From the NCBI GenBank assembly GCA_964016885.1, contig OZ024742.1, positions 345,464,001 to 345,528,000 on the forward strand: a stretch of 64,000 nucleotides of DNA. Direction: 5' to 3'. Of the stretch, positions 1-13,930 are shown in pieces. Under the pieces are notes generated by a model. The model searched no databases, had not been told where the DNA came from, and worked only from the letters and a program-made list of their open reading frames with translations. Made by a program: the position numbers and the translations under genes. This DNA comes from Eledone cirrhosa. Its lineage: Eukaryota. Each line of letters opens with the position of its first letter. The stretch's first letter is position 1.

Positions 1-94
<94 letters not shown>

Positions 95-147
95 GCGTGT
101 GTGCGTGTGTGTGTGTGCGTGTGTGTGTGTGCGTGTGTGTGTGTGTA
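1..147. repeat. (TA)n/(TG)n microsatellite
   Basis: Direct dinucleotide runs. Confidence 0.95.
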
Positions 148-330
148 TAAGAGACATTTGAAGTTTGGTTGAAGCATTGTGGAATAATAAAAATAGTCGT
201 TTTGGAAGCCTCGACAATGCAGATTGATAAATCTCCGGGTAACAGAATCAGGTGATAATGTGAGAGAGATGTAAGAGGAAACGGAGAAAGAGACGTAGAA
301 GAACGTAGGAAAGGTGTAAAAAATAATAAC

Positions 331-514
331 TGTTTCTACGTTAGGCACAAGGCCAGCAATTACCCAGTGCATTACTGGTACTTTATTTTATCGACCCTGT
401 AAGGATGAAAGGCAAAGTCAACCTCGGCGGGATTTGAATTAGGATCGTAAAGGGACGTAACTATGCTGGAAAGCATGGCGTCGACCCTCTACCGATACTG
501 CCAATCCACCGCCA
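331..514 (-). mobile_element. tRNA-derived SINE, full length
   Basis: Minus strand begins GGCGGTGGATTGGCAGTATCGG (A-box-like), has a B-box-like TTCAAATCC and the core GCCGAGGTTGACTTTGCCTTTCATCC...GGGTCGATAAAA. A 17-bp TSD GTGTAAAAAATAATAAC lies at 314-330 and 515-531. Multiple copies in window. Confidence 0.9.
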
Positions 515-1249
515 GTGTAAAAAATAATAACACGAGATAGAGTTACCCTGAAAATGATTTAATAGTCCCTATATTTCGGATTTCACATCCATCAACCGGG
601 GGTTTTCCGAGCGGAAAAAAGGTTGTGTCGGAGAGGACAACATGTGGCCTCCGCTGTTCACCGTGTGCGTACAACACACATACACTGTGTGTATGTGCGT
701 GTGTGTGTGTACTGTCGTATAACTTTGGTAGGAATATACAAAGGGGAAGAGCACTCAGTCCATTGGACGAGTTAAGTATCATTAGTAAATAATATATATA
801 TATATGTGAAGAAGTAACTGGGCGAACTGCCCGAGCTCGTGATCGCTCCACTACTTTCATTAATATATACAAGGGTCGACTCAGAGGTTCATAGGCTGAC
901 TATGAAAGAGTGATGCTAGAAGGTTTATTTACAAGAACTTTACCAGTTTCACTAGTCTCATGAGATATGTTTCTCTTTCGAAAATATCTCAGGCAACGAT
1001 CAGTTCGAGGAATGTTTTCTTAGTTTGAGGTGTCTCTTCAGAAACCGTTGGTCTCTCAATTATAGATGCACCATAGCTCCATACAACTCACCGAAACTGC
1101 TAACGGGCCATTGAAGTTAGATAACCTTCTATCAATTTGGTCTTCCCACTTTTAATTTTATAAAGCTCTGACTAATTGGCTATTTAATTCATTCATTCTC
1201 ATGGAGCAAAACTGGTAAAGGATGTACACCACATATATATGTTTTTATA

Positions 1250-1556
<307 letters not shown>

Positions 1557-1706
1557 ATATATATATATATACATATATTATATACTTTATTAAGACTAGG
1601 TGGTGTTTCTTTTTACTCTTCAAAGGTTCATTAGACAGGGTTATTTCAAATCTACTTCAGTATTGAGTACTCTTTCTCACGCCCGCCAGTATCAGTATCA
1701 AGCGTA

Positions 1707-1763
<57 letters not shown>

Positions 1764-1869
1764 AGAGAGAGAGGGGGGGGACTGAAATAGAGACAGGTGT
1801 ATGTATTTGGGTATGTGTTTGGATGTATCTGCGCTTTTGTGTGTCTGTGTGTGATTGTGTGTGCATGCG

Positions 1870-1900
<31 letters not shown>

Positions 1901-3048
1901 TGAAATTCTGTCGGTCACTTTATCTGGGAGAGAAAGAAATTCTCTATTAAATCGTTTGAAGTTTTACTGAGCATGTACAGGTCATTAGGAAATACGGAAT
2001 GGAGATTACAGAAAATGTATTGATAAGCGACCGGTGGTGAGGTTTGAGATAAGAATGATTTAAACATTTACTACATTGATGGGGAAGGCAGATTCTCTTC
2101 TTTTATGCGATGGCTATAACAAACGAAGTTGGATTCTGAACAAAATTGAAAGGTCTAAAAAAAGGCACTTCCAATTTTATCCAAACCTCAACACCTTCTT
2201 CACAGAGAAGGGATTGATAAAGACGAAGTTGTTTCCTTCTCGTAAATTTATTGAATGGCGTGTAAGAGTGGTGAGCATGGGCCTGAGTGGTTGGGCCGAA
2301 TTTTAGCATGCTTCTACATACCGAGAACTCAGTGCAGGGTAAAGGCATCAAAGACTGACGGTCAGGGTAAATTCTAGATCTATTAAGGTCTTTTACTGGC
2401 TCTCGATGGTGGTCTTCGTCTACGGGGTCTCTGAAACACATTTATATACTGCGTGTACTATCAGTTTCTTTTTTCATTAATCCGATTTCTGTGTACACTG
2501 CATCAGTTACTGTAACCTCCTACACTTGGGGAAGGAGAGTGGATTTCCTAAAAAGAAACAGATACAATATCCTGATGTAAAACAAAAGTGAATGCACCAT
2601 TACATGTGTGTGTTTAAATAGCTCTCTTGACACGACTAATCAAAGAATTACAATTCTGAAGTATTTCTAAATCGAGAAAAGAAATTGTGTTTCTGTCAAT
2701 AGCTTAATATCGATTCGAGACTTTAGGATAATACTCATAGATCAAGACAAATGGCCAAAATGTCAGATAGTAGATGTATCACTAATTGGAATTAAGCGAT
2801 CGATACTGGAGTGAATTGCCTAAATTGATATTTTACAGAGGCGACTGTAGAATTTGTTGATTTTTGTCTGGAAAGTGTCGATAAAAAAACATTCTAATCA
2901 CAGGAATTAAGAAGTTTATCTGAAACAAGAGAATGATTTGAGATTTGGTTAAACAAATTGAAAGATAACTTGACAGCGATTTAGTGGTCCGTTGTGTCAA
3001 CGATAACAACGCACTTTAGATCCTAGCTCTGACTGTATGTTTCCCTCA

Positions 3049-3084
<36 letters not shown>

Positions 3085-3266
3085 GTATGTGTGTGTGTGT
3101 CTGTCTGTCTCTGTGTGTGTCTGTGTGTCTGTGTGTGTTTATATTGTATTGCATCGTCGTATAATTTTTGTAAGTGTTTCTACCGAACTTTACTGACTCT
3201 CCAATTCGGAGAGTACCTTGATTTGGTCTCGTGAAAATCTTTCTCTGCAGTTCGAATAGAGGTAAT

Positions 3267-3385
3267 TGTTTCTACTTTAGGCACAAGGCCAGCAATTACC
3301 CAGTGCATTACTGGTACTTTATTTTATCGACCCCGTAAGGTTGAAAGACAAAGTCAACATCGGCAGGATTTGAACTCACGAGACC
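3267..3385 (-). mobile_element. 5'-truncated SINE
   Basis: Same SINE core. TSD AATAGAGGTAAT at 3255-3266 and 3386-3397. Confidence 0.85.
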
Positions 3386-3686
3386 AATAGAGGTAATGCC
3401 ATTGAGTTTGTCAATTTCTTAGCCTCTATGATCTTTAATTATTTGCCGTGCATATGAAAAGCCTTCTCTTTATTTCGTTATTTCTATACTTAACGACATA
3501 TTCACTCAATCTTAACATACTTCCCAAAACATCGTAACGGATTAACTGTTTCCTTGTTTACTTCATTTGTTGAAAGATAAGGCTTCTGAAAAAAGACAGA
3601 TGTGTGGCCAGTGGCGCTCTGTGTAATGGTAATTCAACCTTCCGGAGTATGCGCTGTTCACTATTATATATATATATATATATATA

Positions 3687-3890
3687 TAACGAAGGAAATG
3701 TGGTAAGGAACCAGGTGGACCATAACACACCAAAGTACTCAATACTTAGGGTAGTAGAGTGGGTAATAGGAACGAGTAGGACCCCGACGGCTGAGCTCAA
3801 GCCGTTTCGACGGCTAATTCTGGACTGAATTAGCCGTCCAGAATTAGCCGTCGAAATGGCTTGAGCTCAGCCGTCGGGGTCCTACTCGTT

Positions 3891-3894
<4 letters not shown>
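3687..3894. mobile_element. PLE pseudo-LTR fold-back, family A variant
   Basis: Inverted arms from 3766 to 3894 with GAATTAGCCGTC duplicated at the centre, tail 3687-3765, in (TA)n. Confidence 0.85.
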
Positions 3895-3975
<81 letters not shown>

Positions 3976-4002
3976 ATGTGTGTGTGTGTGTGTGCGTGTA
4001 TG

Positions 4003-4084
4003 TGTAGCGTGTCCGAGCGTTCTAAGGCGGTGGTTTGAGGCACCAGTCTCTTAGAAGGCGCGGGTTTGAATCCAATGCCAATGT
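4003..4084 (+). pseudogene. tRNA-Leu pseudogene (anticodon reads GAG)
   Basis: GTAGCGTGTCCGAGCGTTCTAAGGCGGTGGTTTGAGGCACCAGTCTCTTAGAAGGCGCGGGTTTGAATCC aligns with eukaryotic tRNA-Leu(AAG/TAG), including the long variable arm. The acceptor stem and T-loop are damaged. Confidence 0.8.
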
Positions 4085-4112
4085 TCTTTATATGTATATA
4101 TATATATATATA

Positions 4113-4174
<62 letters not shown>

Positions 4175-4348
4175 AAAAGGAAAGTAATGTTCTTATATAT
4201 ACATATGTAGGCGTGAGTGTGTGAGTGGTGTTCACTTTGTATATATATATATGTATATATATGCATATATATATATGTATATGGACGAAAATGCATTACA
4301 TTTTCTCACCCTTGTGTGCTTTGTAATTCTAAACACACTTCTTTGTGT

Positions 4349-4390
<42 letters not shown>

Positions 4391-4714
4391 CAATATATAT
4401 ATATATATATAACAATATATATATATTATAAAACGAGGTTGCAGCCGCAGTAGAGCAGATATCAATTGAATTGTTTGAGGCACCCACAAAGTACACAAGG
4501 GTGAGAAAATTTAATTCATTTTCGTTCAAAGTGAACTCCAAATTAAGAATGTGTAACATGAAGAGCTTCCGAATGCATGTAGCAACACTTATAGCACAAC
4601 TACGATAAATACAAAAACGTCGAACATATTTATATGTATGTATGTATATATGTATATTTGCAAGTGTGTGGCTATATAGAGCATGATCTTTCGGCACTGG
4701 TTGAGGTGGCATGA

Positions 4715-5305
4715 TCTTTCGGCACTGTTGGATGTCTGGTGATCGCATTCCAAAGCAACTTCTCTACGGAGAACTGTGTCAAGGAAGGCGACAACCACAT
4801 AAACCAAAAATGCGGTACCGGGACTGTGTCAGGGGCACTTTCGCGTGTGCTGGAATTTCATCTGACGAATGAGAGAAAATGGCTGAGGAGCAAGGTAAGT
4901 GGAGACGTTTGATGAAGTCAGGTAGTGAACACTTTGAAACTCGTCAGAAGGTAAGGAAAGGAGACTGTTCTGAACTGCCCGCGGTTGTACCTCCTCTGGT
5001 TTGCCAGCACTGTGGTCAAGTCTGCCTAAATAAAGATGGTTTGACTTGACACGAACAAAGTCATATCAGTAGATATGATCTGAAAAGATATAAGGAGTGT
5101 GACAAGGAGTGTACTACCATGGAAGGTCTCAAAAGACACATGAGAACACAGTCAGAACCAAGCAGTGGAAAGTCCCAGAAGAGACTACAGTTGCCATGTC
5201 TGTGGCAGAGAGTGCAAGTCTTTGGCTGGTTTAAAGAGCCACATTCGTGACTCACCATTTTGATCATTTTATCAGGTGATGGCAATGTTCGACCACGAGT
5301 TTGCA

Positions 5306-5312
<7 letters not shown>
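4715..5312 (+). mobile_element. RTE-clade LINE 3' fragment with C-terminal C2H2 zinc fingers
   Basis: Manual translation gives DRIPKQLLYGELCQGRRQPHKPKMRYRD...KWRRLMKSG, then CQHCGQVC and CHVCGRECKSLAGLKSH. Has stops and frameshifts and ends in (TA)n. Confidence 0.8.
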
Positions 5313-5352
<40 letters not shown>

Positions 5353-5457
5353 TAAAAAGGAAAAGAAAATGGCGACAAATTTTTCACTGGGAAAAATTTG
5401 TCAGCATTTTCTTTTCCTTTTTACTAATATATCACAACTCGTATGTCACACCTCTAT

Positions 5458-5498
<41 letters not shown>

Positions 5499-5625
5499 AA
5501 AGTTCTATTTAAATTGTTGGGATACAACAAGCAAATATTTTTATAACTGATATAAAGCACTCAACAAATATTTGGAGTAAAAATACGATATTAACAAATG
5601 GAAACCATATTTATAAAACCATATT

Positions 5626-5690
5626 TATTTCATTATACATATTTCAAGGACACCAAGTTAAATTATGGTGTGCTTTCATCAGATAAAATA
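5626..5690 (-). ncRNA. minimal type-I hammerhead ribozyme (family B, left arm)
   Basis: Reverse complement of the motif at 6243-6307. Confidence 0.75.
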
Positions 5691-6242
5691 TAATATAGAC
5701 CAGTTTTATAAATAAATATTGACATACCCTTAAAAGAATGCAACCATTACCGTTGGAAGCTCTCGGATAGTGGAGTTATATCTTTAATTATACTATTAGG
5801 TAAGTTAGTATTGGATATTTTTAAATAAGCCGTTGGGTTACGGAGAAAGAGAAAGAGAGAGAAAGAGAGAGAAAGAGCAGAACAACAGAGAGAAAAAATA
5901 GAGAGAGAGGAGACAGAGAAAGGAGAGAGAGCGAAAACTCTAAGTCATACCTTGTTGAGTTATGTTAAGATAACTCAACAAGATATGACTTAGAGTTTAA
6001 GTTCTCTCTCCTTTCTCTGTCTCCTCTCTCTCTATTTTTTCTCTCTGTTGTTCTGCTCTTTCTCTCTCTTTCTCTCTCTTTCTCTTTCTCCGTAACCCAA
6101 CGGCTTATTTAAAAATATCCAATACTAACTTACCTAATAGTATAATTAAAGATATAACTCCACTATCCGGGAGCTTCCAACAGTAATGGTTGCATTCTTT
6201 TAAGGGTATGTCAATATTTATTTATAAAACTGGTCTATATTA

Positions 6243-6307
6243 TATTTTATCTGATGAAAGCACACCATAATTTAACTTGGTGTCCTTGAAATATGTATAA
6301 TGAAATA
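6243..6307 (+). ncRNA. minimal type-I hammerhead ribozyme (family B)
   Basis: Stem I TATTTTAT/ATGAAATA, CTGATGA at 6251-6257, stem II ACACCA/TGGTGT, GAAA at 6288-6291, quasi-palindromic TATGTA, then UA. Predicted cleavage after 6299. Confidence 0.8.
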
Positions 6308-6346
6308 AATATGGTTTTATAAATATAGTTTCAATTTGTTAATATC

Positions 6347-6416
<70 letters not shown>

Positions 6417-7049
6417 TTGTGTCCGCGTATGTGCGTGTGTCTCCTTTTGAGTCTGGGTCGGACCCCACCCGATTTCATCCAGAAAGGGCTAAAGAGAAAG
6501 AGGGAAACATTTTTAAGGGAGAGAGAAAGGGGAGAATCGACTGGTAATTTATTTATCGCCCACGAAATGATGAAAGGCAAAGTTGATCTGGGTCTGAGAT
6601 CATCCCAGAGCGAAATGAACCAGAACAAATACAATGGTATGTTTAATGCGGCACCGTAACACTTCTGCGAATTCACCGCTTTTATTAAACCCATTGGTAA
6701 ACAGAAATATCACTATATGGCTTTCCTTTATATTACTCGTCTTGTAAATTCGGTCATTAGCGACACTGAAATAGATAAAAGATTATTAAAGGAACTTTAT
6801 TAGTCCTTGCAAAGCCATTTGCTTCCTATGTATATAGAAAGCTAAATTTCTAGGTAATAATTTGTGAAGATCTACCAACCGAAGAATGAAAACTATTCGC
6901 TTTCCGTTTTTCTACCGTTCCTCTCTTCCATTCACGACACATAATTTTCCGATATTGAAAAGAGAAATCTCGAGAAATGAATGTCATACGAATCGCTTTA
7001 CTGTGAAGAAAATGATAGATACGAACTAATATCGATATATATCCATATT

Positions 7050-8620
<1,571 letters not shown>

Positions 8621-8989
8621 TTTAAAGGTTAAACAAGGTTCAATGAATAAATCAATGAATAAAGTTTCACAATTGATTAGAAGCACTCCACAGTTTGGTT
8701 TTCTGGAGTTATTAATATTAATTCAAAATATTAACAAATATAGACATTCGTGTGATCAAGTATATTTTATTATACATATTTCAGAGGTACTGAGCTATTT
8801 TCAACAGTACGTCCTCATCAGATAAAATAAGATGATGCGTGACATACCATGACTATGTTGATGGTATGTCACGCATCATCTTATTTTATCTGATGAGGAC
8901 GTACTGTTGAAGATAGCTCAGTACCTCTGAAATATGTATAATAAAATATACTTGATCACACGAATGTCTATATTTGTTAATATTTTGAA

Positions 8990-8996
<7 letters not shown>
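8621..8996. mobile_element. PLE pseudo-LTR palindrome, family C
   Basis: Near-perfect arms 8715-8850/8861-8996, ~94-nt tail 8621-8714, in (TA)n. Confidence 0.85.
8882..8948 (+). ncRNA. minimal type-I hammerhead ribozyme (family C; mirror copy on minus strand in left arm)
   Basis: TATTTTAT-CTGATGA-G..GTACTG...CAGTAC..-GAAA-TATGTA-TA-ATAAAATA, with a perfect 8-bp stem I. Confidence 0.82.
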
Positions 8997-9036
<40 letters not shown>

Positions 9037-9169
9037 TCGTTAAACTTGCCTGTGTGTGACTGTATAGTATCTAAACGTTCTTCATAATAATCCCCCCCCT
9101 TCCTCCCCTACACCACCTCCCTACCTCATGTTTCTCCTGTCGAGATCACTTTCTCAAAACATTTTAATA

Positions 9170-9515
9170 TCTTCCTTTCTCTCTCCCTCTCCCTCTCTCT
9201 CACTCTCTCTCACTCTCACCCTCTCTCTCTCTTTCTCCCTCACTCTCTTTCTCTCCCCCTCTCTCTCTCTTTCTCACAATCACTCTCTCTCTCTCAATCT
9301 CTCTGACTTTCTCTCATTCCCTCTTTCATGCACACACACTTTCCCTTTCTCACTCACTCTCGCTCTCATGCACACACACACACTCTCTCTCCCTAACTCT
9401 CTTAGTCACTCTCTTACACCCTCTCTGTTTGTCTCTCTCTCTCCCTACCTCTCTCTCAGCCACTCCCTACCTATGTCTCAGCCACTCCCTACCTCTCTCA
9501 GTCTCTCTCTCTCTC
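9170..9515. repeat. CT-rich low-complexity tract
   Basis: Degenerate (CT)n. Confidence 0.85.
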
Positions 9516-9583
9516 CAAAGATCATATTTACCATTCCTCAACTAATTATATTCTACTTTAGATCCGTCCTATCATTATTTCGG

Positions 9584-9761
9584 ATTTGCAGTATCGGTAG
9601 AGGGTCGGACGCTATGCTTTGCAACGTAGAGTTACGGCCCTTTCCATTCTGAGTTCAAATCCCGCCGAGGTCAACTTTGCCTGTCATCCTTACGGGGTCG
9701 ATAAAATGAAGTACCAGTAATGTACTGGTTAATTGCTGGCCTTGTGCCAAAAGTAGAAACA
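9584..9761 (+). mobile_element. tRNA-derived SINE
   Basis: GCAGTATCGGTAGAG..GAGTTCAAATCCCGCCGAGGTCAAC core. TSD ATTATTTCGG at 9574-9583 and 9762-9771. Confidence 0.88.
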
Positions 9762-9880
9762 ATTATTTCGGTTTACTCCATATTTCTCCTCCCTTATCCT
9801 ACGGCTTTTCACTCCTTTCCACTACAACTTGTAATGTCCTCTACCATATGAGACTGCATTGGAAAAATATTCTTGAAAAC

Positions 9881-10331
9881 TACAAGGCAGGGTTAAAACG
9901 TTCATAGGCTAACTATGAAGGAGTGATGCTAGAGCTGTGAAATCTTACATGCATTAATTTCAAGTCTTCTTGTTAATAACAGCATTGTTTCTTTCTAGGG
10001 ACTATGTTGAAAAATAAACCTCATTTTGGTTATTCCATGAGAGTATCTTGGTTAGCCTATGAAGGAGTCATGCTAGAGCTGTGAAATTTGACATGCATTA
10101 ATTTCAACTCTTCTTGTTAATTACTACATTGTTTCTTTCTAGGGACTATGTTGAAAAATAGACCTCATTTGGTCATTCCATGAGAGTATCTTGATCAGCC
10201 TATGAAGAAGTGATGCTAGAGTTGTGAAATCTTGCATGCATTAATTTCAACTTATTATTAACTGGATTGTTTCTTTCTATGAACTATATCGAAAAATTGT
10301 CATTCCATGAGAGTATCTTAGTCCCCTCGTA
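9881..10331. mobile_element. mariner-type MITE with internal ~144-bp triplication
   Basis: Termini TACAAGG.../...CCCTCGTA, subterminal inverted TTCATAGGCTAAC/GTTAGCCTATGAA, units start at 9913, 10057 and 10200. A related left end lies at ~867-920. Confidence 0.65.
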
Positions 10332-10359
10332 TAAGCAACACTACAACTGCATAACATTA

Positions 10360-10750
10360 ATAATGGCTTAGGCACAAGGCCAACAATTTGTAGAAAAGGA
10401 AAAGTGGATTACATCAACGTAACTGGTACCCTATGTTGTTGACCTCGGAAGGATGAAAGTTGACCTCCATGGGATTTGAACTCAGAACATAAATGGCGCT
10501 GTACCTAAATACTTCAAAGTATTTTGTCCGACGCTCTAACAATTCTGCTGATCCATTTTAATAATTGTTTCTACTTTTTGGCACAAGGCCAGCAATTATC
10601 TCAGTACATTACTGGTGCTTTATTTTATCGACCCCGAAAGGATGAAAGGTAAAGTTAACCTCGACGGGATTTGAACTCATACCGTAAAGGGCCGTAACTC
10701 TACGCTGCAAAGCATGGCGTCCGACCCTCTAATGATACTGCCAATCCACG
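10360..10750 (-). mobile_element. two adjacent SINE copies (old 10360-10555, younger 10560-10750)
   Basis: Each has GGCACAAGGCC...GAAAG...GGATTTGAACTCA. Confidence 0.8.
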
Positions 10751-11024
10751 TTAATAAGGAAAGTCTTCTTTATCTGTCCAATAGTAAATATATTAAAACA
10801 TTAGTATTAACAAACCTGCTTTTAGTTATTTATTCTGGTGTTAAAATCTAATGAAATATGAAGCCGGCGCAGATATACAATATTTCTCCCTGTCTAAAGT
10901 TAATGAGATATGTTCTAGATATAGGAGAGTAGATGAAAGATGGCTCAAATGACAAACTGTTTTGTTTTTCCTGGACTTGTAGGATTCCATCTCTCTCCAA
11001 GTCTTCAGTGATAGAGAGAGTTGG

Positions 11025-11935
11025 TAAGAGAGGGGTGAGAGAGAGAGACAGAGGGTGGGAGAGAGGCAGAGTGGTGAGAAAGAGAGACAGAGTGGGTGAG
11101 TGAGAGACAGAGGGGTGAGAGAGTGACAGAGTGGGTGAGAGAGAGAGAGACAGAGAGGTGAAAGAGTGACAGAGTAGGTGAGTGAGCGACTTAGGAGTGA
11201 AGGGTAGAGATACAGAGGGGTGAGAGAGGGGGGAGAGAGACAGAGTGGTGAGAGAGAGTGTGGTGAGAGAGAGAGGGGGTGAGAGGAAGAGACAGACGGG
11301 TGAGAGAGAGAGAAAGAGTGGTGAGAGAGTGACAGAGTGGATGAGAGAGAGAGACAGAGGGGTGAGAGAGAGACAGAGGGGTGAAAGAGTGACAGAGTGG
11401 GTGAGTGAGAGACTGAGGGGTGAGAGAGAGTGGGAGGGGTGAGGGGGAGAGACAGAGGGGTGATAGAGAAAGAGGGGTGAGAGAGTGACAGAGTGGGTGA
11501 GAGAGTGACAGAGTGGGTAAGTGAGAGACAGAGTGGATGAGAGAGAGACAGAGGGGTGAGAGAGAGAGACTCATGGGTGAGAGAGAGACAGTGGTGAGAG
11601 AGAGACAGATGGGAGAGAGAGAGACAGAGGGTGAGAGAGAGACAGATGGGAGAGAGAGAGACAGAGGGTGAGAGAGAGAGACAGATGGTTGAGAGAGAGA
11701 GACTCATGGGTGAGAGAGAGACAGAGGGTGAGAGAGAGAGACAGAGGGGTGAAAGAGTGACAGAGTGGGTGAGAGAGTGACAGAGTAGGTGAGTGAGAGA
11801 CAGAGGGGTGAGAGAGAGAGACAGAGGGGTGAGAGGGAGATAGAGGGGTGAGAGAGTGGTGAGAGAGGGGTGAGAGAGGAGTGAGAGAGAGCAGAGTGGT
11901 GAGAGAGTGAGTGGAGGAGAGAGTGAATGAATGAG
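11025..11935. repeat. GA-rich degenerate minisatellite (GAGAGACAGAGGGGT-like units)
   Basis: Recurrent GACAGAG(G/T)GGGTGAGAGA units. Confidence 0.85.
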
Positions 11936-12255
11936 TAAGAATGGAAGCTTTATTTATCGACCACAAAATTATGAAGGTATAGTTGACTTCGGTGAAATAT
12001 GAACTCAGGGCTCAGGGTGCCAGAAGATATACCACAAGACATTATATTGAATGCTATACCGACTATAGATCTGGAGTGGATTAGACTCCGCCAGGTTTTA
12101 AAATGCCCTAGATGCGCAGGCTAAATACCTAAAACTCATTGCTTAGAATCAGAATCGATCACGCGTAATTTGAGGCTACCACTAAAAAGAGGACTTGAGG
12201 CAACTGGAAAATCATTGAAATATATATATGGTGGGTTAGAGTAGATCCCAGGTAA

Positions 12256-12445
12256 AGAAGAAGAAGAAGAAGAAGAAGAAGAAGAAGAAGAAGAAGAAGA
12301 AGAAGAAGAAGAAGAAGAAGAAGAAGAAGAAGAAGAAGAAGAAGAAGAAGAAGAAGAAGAAGAAGAAGAAGAAGAAGAAGAAGAAGAAGAAGAAGAAGAA
12401 GAAGAAGAAGAAGAAGAAGAAGAAGAAGAAGAAGAAGAAGAAGAA
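12256..12445. repeat. (GAA)n tract
   Basis: Pure trinucleotide run of ~190 bp. Confidence 0.95.
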
Positions 12446-13109
12446 AGGAATGTAGATGACGAACCTCCTACTCCAGTATTTGACTGATAATTGGTTTAAC
12501 GACCTCGAAATGAGGAAAGGTGAAGTGAACCTCAGTGGGTTTTAAACTCAGAGAAGAGAGCTGGAACCAATACTATAAAGCATTCTATCCGAGATTCCTG
12601 TTTTTAATATATATTAGAATTTAGAAATTGCCCCAAAATATTTTGACTTTTTTCTAAAGCACTCCGTGAGTAAACAATAGTTAGTGGCAAACCCCTCGTC
12701 TGGGATGCCACTTGCATCGACACTTTCTCCAGCGCTAGACAATAATAACAGACCTTTGCTCTGTGTATTCTTAGATGTAGCTGTACTCTATGCAGGGATT
12801 CGGAGAAATCCCTAAATCAGGAGACATATGTTACTGATGTATTTTCATACTATTATTGATTTCAGACTTGACGTTTGTACTCATGTTTGGCTAAACTACG
12901 TTCGTCAATGTAAACAGAATGTATTGATTATTGACTTTATTGGTTATCGATTATATTTCACTAAGCTCAACTTATTGGATTTACAGAGAAAGGTAAATTG
13001 TTATGCACTGATGTTAACAAACAATGAATTCAAATGCCCATAAGTATTAATTGGTACAGCCAATTCGTATATATATATATATATAAATATATATATGTGT
13101 GTGTGTGTT

Positions 13110-13175
<66 letters not shown>

Positions 13176-13302
13176 CATATATATATATATATCGTATATT
13201 TACATCATATATATAAATATACATATATGTATGTATTTATATATATACGGTGTTTATATTGTATTACATATATATGTGTGTGAGTGTGTATGCGTGTATA
13301 AA

Positions 13303-13345
<43 letters not shown>

Positions 13346-13348
<3 letters not shown>

Positions 13349-13600
13349 CAGCAGATAAGTTGCTTATACTAAGATATTACGCACTACCCTCGCACTACCC
13401 TCAAGAGATCCCAAAACACTTCACATCAGTAGTTTATCCCAGTTAAATGTTGATCATTAGGAGTGACAGAGTATTCATTCAAGAGTACTTAAGACAGGGT
13501 TACTTCACCATGATTGCTTTATTGCATGATATATATTTCTCTTGCATAGTTATGCATGTGACTTCAGCTGATGAGGTCACATGCATAATCATGTAAGCTT
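13346..13600. mobile_element. PLE pseudo-LTR remnant with small fold-back at the hammerhead core
   Basis: TTATGCATGTGAC-TTCAGCTGATGAG-GTCACATGCATAA hairpin at 13550-13588. The minus strand continues TGCATAACTATGCA..GAAA-TATATA-TC. Confidence 0.55.
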
Positions 13601-13611
13601 ATATATTTATG

Positions 13612-13703
13612 ACTTCAAATCCTGCCTAGGTTAACTTTGCCTTTCACCCTTACGGGGTCGATAAAATAGAGCACCAGTAATACACTGGTATAATTTCTGG
13701 CCT
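13612..13703 (+). mobile_element. partial SINE
   Basis: TTCAAATCCTGCC...CTTTGCCTTTCACCCTTACGGGGTCGATAAAA core. Confidence 0.8.
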
Positions 13704-13725
13704 TTTATATATATATATATATATA

Positions 13726-13920
13726 TAGGAAAAAAGTATGATCCCGGCGGCAGAGCTCAAGCCGTCTCGACGGCTATTTCTGTCCAGAAATAGCCGTCGA
13801 AACGGCTTGAGCTCTGCCGTCGGGGTCATACTTTTTCCTATTTCCCACTCTACTACCCTAAGTATTGAGTACTCTGGTGCGTTATGGTCAATATGGTTCC
13901 TTACCACATTTCCTTTGTTA
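13726..13920. mobile_element. PLE pseudo-LTR fold-back, family A
   Basis: Same hairpin as 1362-1556, with the tail on the right. Confidence 0.85.
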
Positions 13921-13930
13921 TATATATATA

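Larger units (their letters stand above)
5496..6349. mobile_element. PLE 3'-end palindrome, family B
   Basis: About 380-bp inverted arms centred near 5966, extra ~88-nt tail 5496-5583, (TA)n on both sides. Homologous to the ends of 18310-24982. Confidence 0.9.

Noticed and set aside
10841-11966. Ser/Leu/Pro/His-rich ORFs
   Set aside because: Artefact of the GA-rich minisatellite.
12060-12255. Possible LINE 3' end before the (GAA)n tract
   Set aside because: No recognisable protein motif could be read.
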